Positions 48,141-60,298 of a stretch of DNA of 64,000 nucleotides are shown in pieces. The notes under the pieces were generated by a model that had not been told where the DNA came from, ran no database searches, and worked only from the letters and a program-made list of their open reading frames with translations. A program made the translations under genes and the position numbers. The stretch is from NCBI RefSeq assembly GCF_964213995.1, contig NC_135804.1, forward strand, positions 143,344,001-143,408,000. Direction: 5' to 3'. Positions within the stretch are counted from its first letter, which is position 1, and each line of letters starts with the position of its first letter. Origin of the DNA: Mustelus asterias (taxonomy: Eukaryota).

Positions 48141-49625
48141 CAAGGTAGAATGGGAAAATTGATAAGTATACAAAAGGACAAGATTAAAGTGAATGGAAAA
48201 GATTCGTACAAATCATGTGCAATGTAAAACAGATTGCTGATTCATTATGAGCCCATTATGCATTTCTATGCTGGCAACTTGCCCCACAAAGCAAACTACC
48301 ACAAGCAACAAAATAAACATAATTCCAGCCATGGTTCCATCCTCTATTCACAAGATAATTGTGGATCTCAAAAGCCATCTCGCTCACTTCATCTCATGCA
48401 TCCCAGAAAGACACACAAACGTACACATTGGAAGCAAGTTTAGGCCATTCAGCCCCTCGAGCCTGCTCCACCATTTGGTAACATTGCCTTCATATACCAG
48501 TGACTAGAATTTAAAAGCAGTTAATTGGCTGTGAAAGTGATTTGGGGCATTTGGAAAGGTGTTGTATAAATGTAGGTTTTGTCTTTCTTACATTATATCT
48601 GCATAAATGAACAGCAAAGTGACAGTGACAATAGTGAAATTGGAGACCCAGTGCTGATTCTCCCAGGACAATTAATCACAGAGCAAGCAACTGACGTTCG
48701 GGAAGTGGCTTGAAGGAAATCACTACATTTACAAAATGATTCAATTCTGCGACCAAGCTCTCCCACAACACCCCCCAAAGCTCACCTTAAAACCCACCCC
48801 AAACCCTTTCTAACCTGCCTCAGCTCCTACTCTAACCTGCTCCCCCAACTCCCTTCTAATGTTCCCCCAACACCTCATCCAATGTCCCCCCTCTCAATGC
48901 CCTCCAACCTTCCCCCAAACCCACTAACCTCCAACAATCTCCCCATCCAACCTCCCCTTCATGCCACTCTAACCTCCTCCACACCCCACCTCATTTCCTC
49001 CCCCACAACTTACCCCAAACACACACACTTAACATTTTTTGATACAAGAACGCTCTCCTGACAGTTGTTGTGCTGCTATTGACCTTCACACAGGCTTTTC
49101 AAAACAATAAAAATCAGAACCACAACGCTGGCAAAGATGAGGAGCAGCAGCGCAGTAACAAGTAACATTGACACAGACACTGACAGACCAGCTTTAGAGA
49201 AATTGGAACATTCAGCTTGACAGATCTGTTTCTTTTTTGTCAAGTCTATAGTTCTGGCTGCTCAGTCCAGACAATGAGAAACTCCTTTTACAACACAGAG
49301 GTCAGGCTACCCCAGTCCTAGACCTCGGTGTTTGGCCCATCTGCACTCCACTCTCTCCAGGTCTGTGGCATATCCATTACTCTTACCAAACTGGAGGAAG
49401 GCTCAATGGCATGTTGGAATGACAAAAGTATATTGCAAAAAGAAACACACTTTTTGTTTGTTTTAAAAGTATAATCTCAGAAATATCATTTGTCAGAAAT
49501 ATACATTAAGCCAAACAATCCCGATTTAAATCTCCGAACAACTCTCTGGATCAATGACAATTGTGGAACTGAATCATCCAGATCATTTATTGCAGATTCC
49601 AGTGAATCTGCGTTTAGAATGTATC

Positions 49626-49685
49626 GTAAGAAGTCTCACAACACCAGGTTAAAGTCCAACAGGTTTATTTGGTAGCAAATACCAT
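49626..49685 (-). mobile_element. Short tail-less PLE family-1 stub with reiterated target site
   Basis: gtaagaagtctcacaacaccaggttaaagtccaacagg...; TSD ttagaatgtat at 49614-49624 and 49706-49716 with two extra partial copies between. Confidence 0.85.
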
Positions 49686-50699
49686 GAATGTATGTAGAAT
49701 GTATGTTAGAATGTATAAACAGCCCTAAGCTGGACAGAGGGAAAATCAGCCAAGGTTACTTCTCTCAGTAGCATTGCTGAGGATTCTGGACCTCTGATGG
49801 GGTCCTCGACTCTTGTGGGTGGGCCGCTGTCTTTCATACAACAGAAACATTGGTGGCAGCCAGTTAAAAGGTGGACCGACATGGGGAGAACCCCCGCACA
49901 GACAGTAACCCAAGCTGGAAATTAAACCCAGGTCCCTGCACTAAGAGGCAGGAGGGCTAACCACTGGGCCACCGTGGCCAAGAAAACCATTGGCCAGATT
50001 CCCAGTAAATAATTACTATGCTGCTCCAATAAATGGCTTGAAACACCAAAGAGAAAAGAGTATCTTCTATGCACCAATGTATTACTTCTGTTTCACATAC
50101 TTAACCCTCTTGTTGGATCACTAAGTTGAATCACTAAGTCCTTTTGGTGCCAGTTTACAAAATTTTAATGCAATGTATTTTCATCTCCTGGAAACTGGAT
50201 TCAGACTGCCTCAGGTTGAAGTGAAGGGTTCAGCCTCCTGAGGCCAGAAAGGATAGGTAAGTGGGAAACAGTACGGCACCTTCTTCATGACATTTAAGAC
50301 CTATGTTAACAGGGCAAACATCCGTGTGTCTCCGTTACCAAACAGATTGAAGAACTGCTAATGAGCAGTCCAGAGTCCGAACCAAGAAGGAATCATTACA
50401 AAAATGAATCTCAAATCAGATACGGAATGCTAAATATAGGGAGGGAAAGGAAGATTGAGTTAAGAAAGAAAAATAGAAAGGAATAAGAAGAAATAAGTCT
50501 CCAATTAAAGTCTGAAGGAATGATAATCCAAACTCAATACTGTAACCATGAAATGGTATACTGCATTCATAGTAACTTGGTTCAAAGCAGTTTAAAATAA
50601 TTTATCAGTGCTGTGCTAATTAGTTTTCTGTGCTAACAATGTTGTTTGCCATTAATAATGAACAGTCAAATCAATGAAATAACGCTTAGGTTCAAATGG

Positions 50700-51017
50700 A
50701 TACAGAATGGAATTCCTACAGTGGAGAAGGAGGCCATTTGGCCCATCAAGTCTGCACCCACCACAATCCCACCCAGGCCTTATTCCCGTAACCACACGTA
50801 TTTACCCTCCTAATCCCCTGACACTGGGGTCAATTTAGCATGGCCAATCAACCTAACCTGCACTTCTTTGGACTTTGGGAGGAAACTGGAGCAAACCCAG
50901 AGAAAACGCAAGCAGACATGGGGAGAACGTGCAAATTCCGTACAGACAGCGACCCGAGGCCGTAAGTGAACCCAGGTCCCTGGCGCTGTGAGACAGCAGT
51001 GCTAACCACTGCGCCAC
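50700..51017 (-). mobile_element. HE1/V-SINE (tail A)
   Basis: Reverse-complement copy. Confidence 0.85.
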
Positions 51018-52011
51018 TTTGTCTGTGCTAGACCAGCACAGGAACCTCACACCTTTCAGCACACCTGACTGGAGAACCAGATGGAGAGATGCCATTCTCA
51101 CATCGTTCATGGAAGTGCAGCAATTCTGGACAGCAACCTCTGGATTTTTGAGTGCCGGTACACTCGCCTGAAGTTGCTGTCTGATCAGTGCATATGTAAC
51201 TGTTAGCACTGTTGGTTTTACAGTAAATTCTGGCCTGTGGGTTTTTGAATGTTGTTGTAAGTTTGCAAAAAAAAAGGTAAGAGTCAACTTGGCATTTTGT
51301 TTTATTCTATCTGTAGTTTGGTTATCACAGATGGCCTGAGGTTATTTTTTCCAAAGAGGATCAGTAGATGCCTCTGTGATTATATTCAGTCAGTACATGA
51401 ATATCTGAATGTAGCGGACCTACTTAGCAGCCACAAAGTGACATAACATATTCATTCCAGTCACATTACATAAAATTATGGATGGTCCGGATCAAGTTAA
51501 GGATTACATTGAATTGAGGGTTTCCTTTGCCCACCCGCCGTCAGATGCCATTGCTGAGACCTAACCAAAGCCTGTTCTCAATTGTGATCACTGAATTCTA
51601 AAGGCAAGAAACCCTCCATTTTGGGAAGAAGCACGGCATGACTTTTCTGACGCCTGAATGAGTAGAGGGAGCAAAACGTATCTGGTCTCCTCGGCGTACA
51701 ACTCAAGACATTGCTTCTTCTTCTTCATTCAAAGAGAAAAAAAAATGAGGCCCTGCTGCTTTCATTATTGTGGCCTTTGACATATCATTTTAAACCTACT
51801 GTGCCCACCAATAATTACTTTATGTGTATTCCTGGCTCAATATCAAACAGATTATTGGAGGTGAATTTTGGCATCAGGCAGGCGCCCAGTCTGCCAAATT
51901 TGAAATGTACATTGTTGCATCGGAAAATAGGTCAGTAATGTGGTAAGGATATGGAAAAAGCAAGGAGAGAATACAATGCACAATCAACATGGTGTTACAT
52001 ATAACATGTAA

Positions 52012-52848
52012 GTTGATCTGATTTGATTTACTGTTGTCACATTTATTAATATACACTGAAAAGTATTGTTTCATAGAATCATAGAATTTACAGTGCAGAA
52101 GGAGGCCATTTGGCCCATCGAGCCTGCACCGACAACAATCTCACCCAGGTCCTATCCCCGTAACCTCACATATTTACCGTCAGGGGTGACACTCACACTA
52201 AGGGGCAATTTATCAGGCCAGTCACCCTAACCTGCACATCTTTTCACTGTGGGAGGAAACCAGAGCACCCGGAGGAAACCCACGCAGACACAGGGAGGAC
52301 ATGCAAACATCACACTACAGTGACCCGAGGCCGGAATCGAATCCGGGTCCCTGGTGCTGTGAGGCAAGAGTGCTAACCACTGTGCCACCGCGCCGCCCAG
52401 ATGGCGTGCCGCCCAATTTTTTGCAAGCTATTCAGACAAGCATACCGTTGATAAAGAAGGAAAGGAGAATGTAGTTTTACAATCATAGCTCGGGTGTAGA
52501 GAGAGATCAACTTGATACAAGGTAGGTCCATTCAAAAGTTTGATGGCAGCAGAGAAGAAGCTGTTCTTGAGTGGGTTAGTACATGCCCTCAGACTTTTGT
52601 ATCTTTTTCCTGACGGAAAAAGGTGGAGGAGAGTATGTCAGGGTGTGTGGAGTCCTTGATTATGCTGGCTACTTTTCCGAGGCCGGGGGAAGTGTAGACA
52701 GTGTCAATGGATGGGAGGCTGGTTTGAGTGATGGACTGGGCTACGTTCACAACCCTTTGTAATTTCTTGCGGTCTTGGTCAGAGCAGGAGCCATACCAAG
52801 CATGATGCATCCGGGTAGGGTGCTTTCTATGGTGCATCTATAAAAGTT
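52012..52848 (-). mobile_element. Rex1/Babar 3' fragment interrupted by a V-SINE (52072-52400, minus)
   Basis: HAWYGSCSDQDRKKLQRVVNVAQSITQTSLPSIDTVYT; gaaaagtattgttt|SINE|ttttgcaagctattcagacaa. Confidence 0.85.
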
Positions 52849-53084
52849 ATTTTAATTGTGAGTTGCACTGTGTTTTTGGCTGCACATTTGCAGTCTTGCC
52901 TGATCTTAAGCTGTAAGATAAATTTCAGGATTTTCAAGTGAATCCTGGTTACCCGTTACCTCTCTATCGGATTTTAACCAGATTCCATATGCAGAGGATT
53001 AAAATTAAAAGTTGCTTTATTTAAATAAAGATGTTGAACATTTTTGCCATACGCATAAAACAATACCAATAATCCCCAGTCACT

Positions 53085-53390
53085 GCCTTACAGACAGCCG
53101 GCACTAAACAGCAGAAGTCCCTCAATTCAGTCCTTGGTCTGTGTTGAGTTAGTTGTTCTCAGCAGGGCTGATTTAATTGGCCTTAACCTCCCTGGGCTAA
53201 GGGAAACAATATTAACCAAGTTTCTCGCTCTCCTGGTAGTAGACATTGGATCAGGCCATAATCAGATTCAGCTCAGAGGCGTCCCATGGTTCAATAGACT
53301 AAAAATACACAGTTTATGTTTGCACATGAAGAATAGTCACTTGGGCAAAGTAATAAAGAGCAACTGACAACTGCTGGAGTCAGCGCCTTC
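53085..53390 (+). mobile_element. Ancient LF-SINE-like repeat (related copies at ~10930-11140 and ~49720-49780)
   Basis: ggtctgtgttgagttagttg, ctgggctaagggaaac..aaccaagtttc, atgaagaatagtcacttgggcaaag; shared with gtgaagaatagctacttaagcaaa at 11113. Confidence 0.4.
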
Positions 53391-53739
53391 AAAGAGCTGA
53401 TGACAAAAGAAAAGACCATTACATTTAGTGTCGAGTGCTGCCCAGCGTTTATAAATGTTTGTGGTATATACTCTTCAATATGTCAACCAGCATGTAAGAT
53501 AAAGCGAATGGAAGACCGGTGTGGCAGAGAACGAGATTCAAAGCTGTACTTCCCAACAATACCATTGATGACTTTTCTGGTCATCTGCATCAATTCAGCC
53601 CATAGAAGACTAGCCAAGTATGTCATTTCAGTCAGAAAGCAGTACTCAATCTGCAAAGTCTACATTTGCAATGTATCCAATGTTAATTGGTGTCTCACTC
53701 ATCTTTGTCCAACTCTCCCTTCAATTTATCTAATGTTGG

Positions 53740-56470
53740 TTTCTCTTTCAACTTAACCCAATGCTGCTTTCTCTCCACTTTATCCAATGCTGCTCTCTCT
53801 CCACTTTATCCAATGCTGCTCTCTCTTCCTCCACTTTACCCATTGCTGCTCTCTCCACTTTATCCAATGCTGGTCTCCTTAAATTCATCCAATGCTGGTC
53901 TCTCTCCAATTCATCCAGCATTGGTCATTGGACCTCTCTCTGCACTTTATCCAATGCTGGTCCCTCTCTGCACTTTATCCAATGCTGACCTCTCTCTGCA
54001 CTTTATCCAATGCTGGTCCCTCTCTGCACTTTATCCAATGCTGGTCCCTCTCTCTGCACTTTATCCAATGCTGGTCCCTCTCTGCACTTTATCCAATGCT
54101 GGTCCCTCTCTGCACTTTATCCAATGCTGACCTCTCTCTGCACTTTATCCAATGCTGGTCCCTCTCTCTGCACTTTATCCAATGCTAGTCCCTCTCTCTG
54201 CACTTTATCCAATGCTAGTCCCTCTCTCTGCATTTTATCCAATGCTGGTCCCTCTCTGCACTTTATCCAATGCTGGTCCCTCTCTGCACTTTATCCAATG
54301 CTGGTCCCTCTCTGCACTTTATCCAATGCTAGTCCCTCTCTCTGCACTTTATCCAATGCTGGTCCCTCTCTGCACTTTATCCAATGCTGGTCCCTCTCTC
54401 TGCACTTTATCCAATGCTGGTCCCTCTCTGCACTTTATCCAATGCTGGTCCCTCTCTGCACTTTATCCAATGCTAGTCCCTCTCTCTGCACTTTATCCAA
54501 TGCTGGTCCCTCTCTGCACTTTATCCAATGCTAGTCCCTCTCTCTGCACTTTATCCAATGCTGGTCCCTCTCTGCACTTTATCCAATGCTGGTCCCTCTC
54601 TCTGCACTTTATCCAATGCTGGTCCCTCTCTGCACTTTATCCAATGCTGGTCCCTCTCTGCACTTTATCCAATGCTGGTCCCTCTCTGCACTTTATCCAA
54701 TGTTGGTCCCTCTCTGCACTTTATGCAATGCTGGTCCCTCTCTGCACTTTATCCAATGCTGGTCCCTCTCTGCACTTTATCCAATGCTGGTCCCTCTCTG
54801 CACTTTATCCAATACTGGTCCCTCTCTGCACTTTATCCAATGCTGACCTCTCTCTGCACTTTATCCAATGCTGGTCCCTCTCTGCACTTTATCCAATGCT
54901 GGTCCCTCTCTGCACTTTATCCAATGCTGGTCCCTCTCTCTGCACTTTATCCAATGCTGGTCCCTCTCTGCACTTTATCCAATGCTGGTCCCTCTCTGCA
55001 CTTTATCCAATGCTGACCTCTCTCTGCACTTTATCCAATGCTGGTCCCTCTCTCTGCACTTTATCCAATGCTAGTCCCTCTCTCTGCACTTTATCCAATG
55101 CTAGTCCCTCTCTCTGCACTTTATCCAATGCTGGTCCCTCTCTGCACTTTATCCAATGCTGGTCCCTCTCTGCACTTTATCCAATGCTGACCTCTCTCTG
55201 CACTTTATCCAATGCTAATCCCTCTCTCTGCACTTTATCCAATGCTGGTCCCTCTCTGCACTTTATCCAATGCTGGTCCCTCTCTGCACTTTATCCAATG
55301 CTAGTCCCTCTCTCTGCACTTTATCCAATGCTGGTCCCTCTCTGCACTTTATCCAATGCTGGTCCCTCTCTCTGCACTTTATCCAATGCTGGTCCCTCTC
55401 TGCACTTTATCCAATGCTGGTCCCTCTCTGCACTTTATCCAATGCTGGTCCCTCTCTGCACTTTATCCAATGCTGGTCCCTCTCTGCACTTTATCCAATG
55501 CTGGTCCCTCTCTGCACTTTATCCAATGCTGGTCCCTCTCTGCACTTTATCCAATGCTGGTCCCTCTCTCTGCACTTTATCCAATGCTGGTCCCTCTCTG
55601 CACTTTATCCAATGCTGACCTCTCTCTGCACTTTATCCAATGCTAGTCCCTCTCTCTGCACTTTATCCAATGCTGGTCCCTCTCTGCACTTTATCCAATG
55701 CTGGTCCCTCTCTGCACTTTATCCAATGCTGGTCCCTCTCTGCACTTTATCCAATGCTGGTCCCTCTCTGCACTTTATCCAATGCTGGTCCCTCTCTGCA
55801 CTTTATCGAATGCTGGTCCCTCTCTGCACTTTATCCAATGCTGGTCCCTCTCTGCACTTTATCGAATGCTGGTCCCTCTCTGCACTTTATCCAATGCTGA
55901 CCTCTCTCTGCACTTTATCCAATGCTGGTCTCCCTCCAATTTATCCAATGCTGCTCTCTCTCCAATTTATCCAATGCTGGTCCCTCTCTCTGCATTTTAT
56001 CCAATGCTGCTCTCTCTCTCCAATTTACCTAATGCTGGTCTTTCTCTCCAATTTATTTAATTCTGTTCTCACTCTCTCTCTCTCTCCTCTGTGTCTAATG
56101 CTGCTCTCTCTCCAATTTATCCAATGCTTGTCTCTCCCCACTTTATGCAATGCTGCTCTCTCTCCTCTTTATTCAATGCTGGCCTCTCACTCTCAACTTT
56201 ATCCAATCCTGCTCTCTCCCTCCACTTTATCAAATGCTGGTCTCTCTCTCTCCATGTTCTCCAATGCTGATCTCTTTCCCTCCACTTTATCCAGCGCTGA
56301 TATCTTTTCTCTTCATCTAATGCTGCTCTCTCCCTCCGCTTTATACAATGCTGGTCTCTCTCTCTCTCTCTGCTTTATCCAATGCTGATGTCTTTCTCTC
56401 TCTCTCTCTGTCTCTGCTTTATCCACTGCTGGTCTCTCCCTCTCTCTCTTTCTCTCCACTATATCTAATG
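53740..56470. repeat. Minisatellite with 28/30-bp unit tgcactttatccaatgctggtccctctc(tc); homogeneous core ~53935-55925 (~70 units) and degenerate flanks
   Basis: Directly visible tandem array; variants ctgacc, ctagtc, +tc, atcgaa. Confidence 0.98.
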
Positions 56471-56662
56471 TTGGTCTCCTCTAGCATCCATTTAACACTG
56501 ATCATCCCCCTCCACCTTTCCATTCAACACTCTTGTGAGATGTTCTCTCTGCCTTGAACCCTAAACAGTAACAATAATTATCAATTCTTACTGTACATGA
56601 AAATCAAAGATAGGCTTCTTTCTGAGCACTTGTTTCATTTGTCAAGTTCCATTTCTGTACAG

Positions 56663-56708
56663 CTCTGAAAGGATTAGTTTTTCAGAGTATTTGCCAATCA
56701 TAGTCAAG
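56663..56708 (+). other. Candidate 46-nt host exon
   Basis: ttccatttctgtacag| ... aag|gtaagc; one open frame, SERISFSEYLPIIVK; gene not identified. Confidence 0.35.
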
Positions 56709-56790
56709 GTAAGCTTTTTTTCTTTTTTTTTCTTTTTTGTTAATTAATTTGTCGTTGAATTCCAAGCCCCTCTGCCTCCACTTCCCGTGG

Positions 56791-56804
56791 GTTACTATGG
56801 CAAC
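56791..56804. promoter_or_regulatory. RFX X-box-like motif
   Basis: GTTACTATGGCAAC, close to the GTTRCCATGGYAAC consensus, in unique sequence. Confidence 0.45.
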
Positions 56805-57096
56805 TCAGTAGAATCTCTGATTGCTGCCAAGCTATTGTAATACAAATGAAGAAGAATCACAGTGCTGCATTCTGATTATCTATTTAGAATCCTATTGGGA
56901 GCAGTCTGACTGCTGACAATATCTGACTGTTGACCAGTTGGCGTAGCATTTGTGCGGATCCACTTAAAACCAAATCTTCCTTGGCCCTGTTTCTGTGCGG
57001 CTGATAGTATTACTTGCAGGGGTGATTTGGATTAAATCAGAACAAACAAAATGTAAAATATCCAAACTCGTACAGAGCTGAAAGTGCAGAAATTGT

Positions 57097-57208
57097 GGGC
57101 AGAATTTTACAGCCCCTCCCGCCAGTGACCTCTTCCAGTTCCGCCGAAGTCAACGAACTCGCTGCAGTTTCTGGCGTCTCGGCAGCAGGAACCATTAAAT
57201 TCCGCACC
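57097..57208. mobile_element. Harbinger-type MITE (diverged)
   Basis: gggcagaattttac ... ttaaattccgcacc; size similar to the other copies. Confidence 0.5.
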
Positions 57209-57291
57209 TTTCCTACAATTTGTCCGGTTGTCAAAGCCGCTGCCCTGTATGAGATAATTAAAACAGTGAAGTATCAAGTTCAATCTCTTAC

Positions 57292-57575
57292 GGGTGGCAC
57301 GGTGGCACAGTCATTAGCACTGTTGCCTCACAGCACCAGGGACCCGGGTTCGACTCACGGCTTTGTGTCACTGTCTGTGCATGTTCTCTCCAGGTCTGCG
57401 TGGGTTTCCTCCGGATGCTCCGGTTTCCTCCCACAGTCCGAAAGACGTGCTGGCTAGGTGCTAAATTCTCCCCCAGTGTACCTGAACAGGCACTGGAGTG
57501 TGGCGACTAGGGGATTTTCACAGTAACTTCATTGTAGTGTTAATGTAAGCCTACTTGCGACACTAATAAATAAAC
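57292..57575 (+). mobile_element. V-SINE with tail B
   Basis: ...ggagtgtggcgactaggggattttcacagtaacttcattgtagtgttaatgtaagcctacttgcgacactaataaataaac. Confidence 0.9.
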
Positions 57576-58606
57576 CTATCCATGGTGCATTGCCTCATCT
57601 CAAGCCACTGTAGGTATGAAATGTTAGGTTTGGCCACCACATCTCTGAATTTGGGCTGATTCCCATCAGGTGACACTTTCTGGAACATGTACATGTCTGG
57701 ACATGATCTGCAGACAGGATTGGGATTGTCCCATTCTGTTCTCCGCTATGGCGTGGGTGAATTGATAGACACACAAATGAAAAATGGTGACGTGAGCACC
57801 ACTGTTGTGTGTCCACACAAGGAGAAAAACCTTGCAGCTTGTGTCAAGGACAATAATCGGGGGGGGGGGGGGAATTCTGAATGGATGTTCCGAGTGCATC
57901 TGTGAATACAGGCTAATCACAGCTGCTCTATAACTCCCATCAGTGATCTCGTTGTGAGTTTGTATCTGTGGTGTTTATGTAGTCAGGATGTGGATTGATG
58001 TTGTTGTAATTGGATTAGATGCACTCACTACCTGCATCTGGCAAGCCAGCTGCACACAGCAGGACAGGGTAACCCAGGGTTAACCAAGTGCAATGTCAGC
58101 TTATCTCACCTCTTTTGTCATTGATATTGTGCTTCAGAGCAGCGTACCTCACCAGCACTCAGGGCAAATGCTACCGATTGTCACTCTAAATAGTCACGGA
58201 GTCAGTTTTGAAATTTTCAATGAATCAATTGACTCGTTTCTTTCAAACCGTGTTGCTATCTATTTTCTGCCCCATAGTTTTTTCTTTTACTTTTTCTGAT
58301 CTCTCGAGTACACCCAGCTCCTCAAGTGAAAAGGGTGTGGACCAAAACCAGGTTTTTGAGTTCACACCTGGTCTGGGCGATGTGAGGTGATGCCTCTTCT
58401 ATCCTTTTGACTCCCCTTAGAAAGGTGATCTAATCGAACTGCTTAAACGAGTTATAGCATTTGATAGAGTGGGCAGGGGTAAGTTCTTTGCTTTGGTGGG
58501 AGAGTCCGGAACACAGGGACATAGCCTTAAAACTGATCCAGGCCATTCCAGGGTGCTGTCAGAAAGCACTTCTTCGCACAAAGTGTGAGTGGAGCTGTCA
58601 CTCCCA

Positions 58607-58890
58607 AGGTTCGATTCCCGGCTCGGGTCACTGTCTGTGTGGAGTTTGCACATTCTCCTCGTGTCTGCGTGGGTTTCCTCCGGGTGCTCCGGTTTCCTCC
58701 CACAGTCCAAAGATGTGCGGGTTAGGTTGATTGGCCAGGTTAAAAATTGCCCCTTAGAGTTCTGAGACGCGTAGGTTAGAGGGATTAGCAGGTAAATATG
58801 TGGGGGTAGGGCTTGGGTGGGATTGTGGTCGGTGCAGACTCGATGGGCCGAATGGCCTCCTTCTGCACTGTAGGGTTTCTATGATTCTAT
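58607..58890 (+). mobile_element. HE1/V-SINE (tail A), 5'-truncated, preceded by an old CR1 fragment (58400-58600)
   Basis: ggttcgattcccggctcgggtcactgtctgtgtgg...gggtttctatgattctat. Confidence 0.9.
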
Positions 58891-58894
58891 AACT

Positions 58895-59370
58895 GAAGCT
58901 TCCAAACCCGCAACCACTTCTAGGTGGAAGGACAAGGGTAGTGAATACATGGGAATACCACCACCTGCAAGTTCCCCTCCAAATCCTTCATGATCCTGAT
59001 TTGGAAATATATTTGATTTGATTTGGTTTTGATTTGATTTGATTTATTATTGTCACATGTATTAACATACAGTGAAAAGTATTGTTTCTTGCGCGCTATG
59101 CAGACAAAACATATCGTTCATAGAGAAGGAAACGAGAGAGTGCAGAATGTAGTGTTACAGTCATAGCGAGTCATATCACTGTTCCTTCACAGTCGTTGGG
59201 TCAAATACCTGGAATTCCCTCCCTAATGGCATTGTGGGTCAACCCACAGCACGTAGACTGCAGCGATTCAAGAAGGCAGCTCACCATCACCACCTCAAAC
59301 GCAACTAGGGATGGGCAATAAATGCTGGCCAGCCAGCGACGCCCATGTCCCACGAATGAATAAAAAAAGC
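58895..59370 (+). mobile_element. 3' end of the 43533-type LINE, interrupted by a Rex1/Babar tail (59013-59172, minus)
   Basis: cttccaaacccgcaaccac...ttggaaatatat|Rex|atatcactgttccttcac...gggcaataaatgctggccagccagcgacgcccatgtcccacgaatg. Confidence 0.8.
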
Positions 59371-60298
59371 TGGGTTAGTTGAAAATTTCAAAAACTGAGA
59401 GATTGATGGATTTTTGTTAAGTAAGGATATTAAAGGTTATGGAGCCATGGCAGGCAGGTTGAGTGGAGATACTGGCCAACCATGATGTACTGAATGGTAT
59501 AGCAAGCTGGAGTGGCTGAATGTGCTCATCCGGTTTCTATATTCCTATACTTGTCCTCCAGGTGTGTCAGTGCCTCCATGACAGTAGGTCAGGTAGTTGT
59601 GACCCTCTTCCCAGTTTTCCTTGACACTTCTGCAAAGATGTTGTTTCCTGACAGATGATTCCGTGATCTATCGGCTCTTGATTGTTTTAAGAGTTGCTAC
59701 TGGGAGGATTGTGTGTGTGATGGGTGACTGTTTTTGGTACCTGAGGGTCAGCAGTTAAGTTGACCATAGGCACATTTTTGATTTGATTTATTGTCACCTG
59801 TTTTGGTATACAGTGAAAAGTATTGTTTCTTGCGCACTCTACAGACAAAGCAAACCATTCATAGAGAAGGAAAGGAGACAGTGCAGAATGTAATGTTCCA
59901 GTCATAGCTAGGGTGTAGAGAGAGATCACCTGGAGAAAGGTAAGTGAAGTGGGGTAGGATTGTCGAGAGAGGATCAGATGCAAGGGCAGGTTGTTGGCTT
60001 TCAGTGGCCTCCCTTGTCTCAATGCTGGATCCCTCGATGCCTATGAATGAGGATCCCCCTTCTCCACTGCCAACCCTGACAATGTTTGCTGGTTGACGTT
60101 CATGAGACATTGGAGACCAATACGAGTCTAGTTTAATCTCGGAGCCACCATTCAATCCCAATGGACTCAGGGATGATTGGATTCCAATGACACATTGACA
60201 AGTCTCATTGCTTTCCCACTGCTGGCAGGTGAATTTTCCATGTCAGCCCCTTCCTGTCGCTCATTTAATGCAGGATACTTTTCCCGGAGTTGGAAACA

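Noticed and set aside
53935-55925. CRISPR-like array (28-30 bp repeats)
   Set aside because: No unique spacers, no cas genes, eukaryotic context.
53687-56388. Long ORFs (488, 372, 174 aa) with repeating MLVPLCTLSNAGPSLHFIQC
   Set aside because: Translations of a mostly stop-free 28/30-bp minisatellite, open in several frames; unit lengths shift the frame constantly.
846-58730. Many short ORFs containing CLCGVCTFSPCLRGFPPGAPVSSH or LEHPEETHADTGR
   Set aside because: Recurrent translations of the V-SINE core, not proteins.
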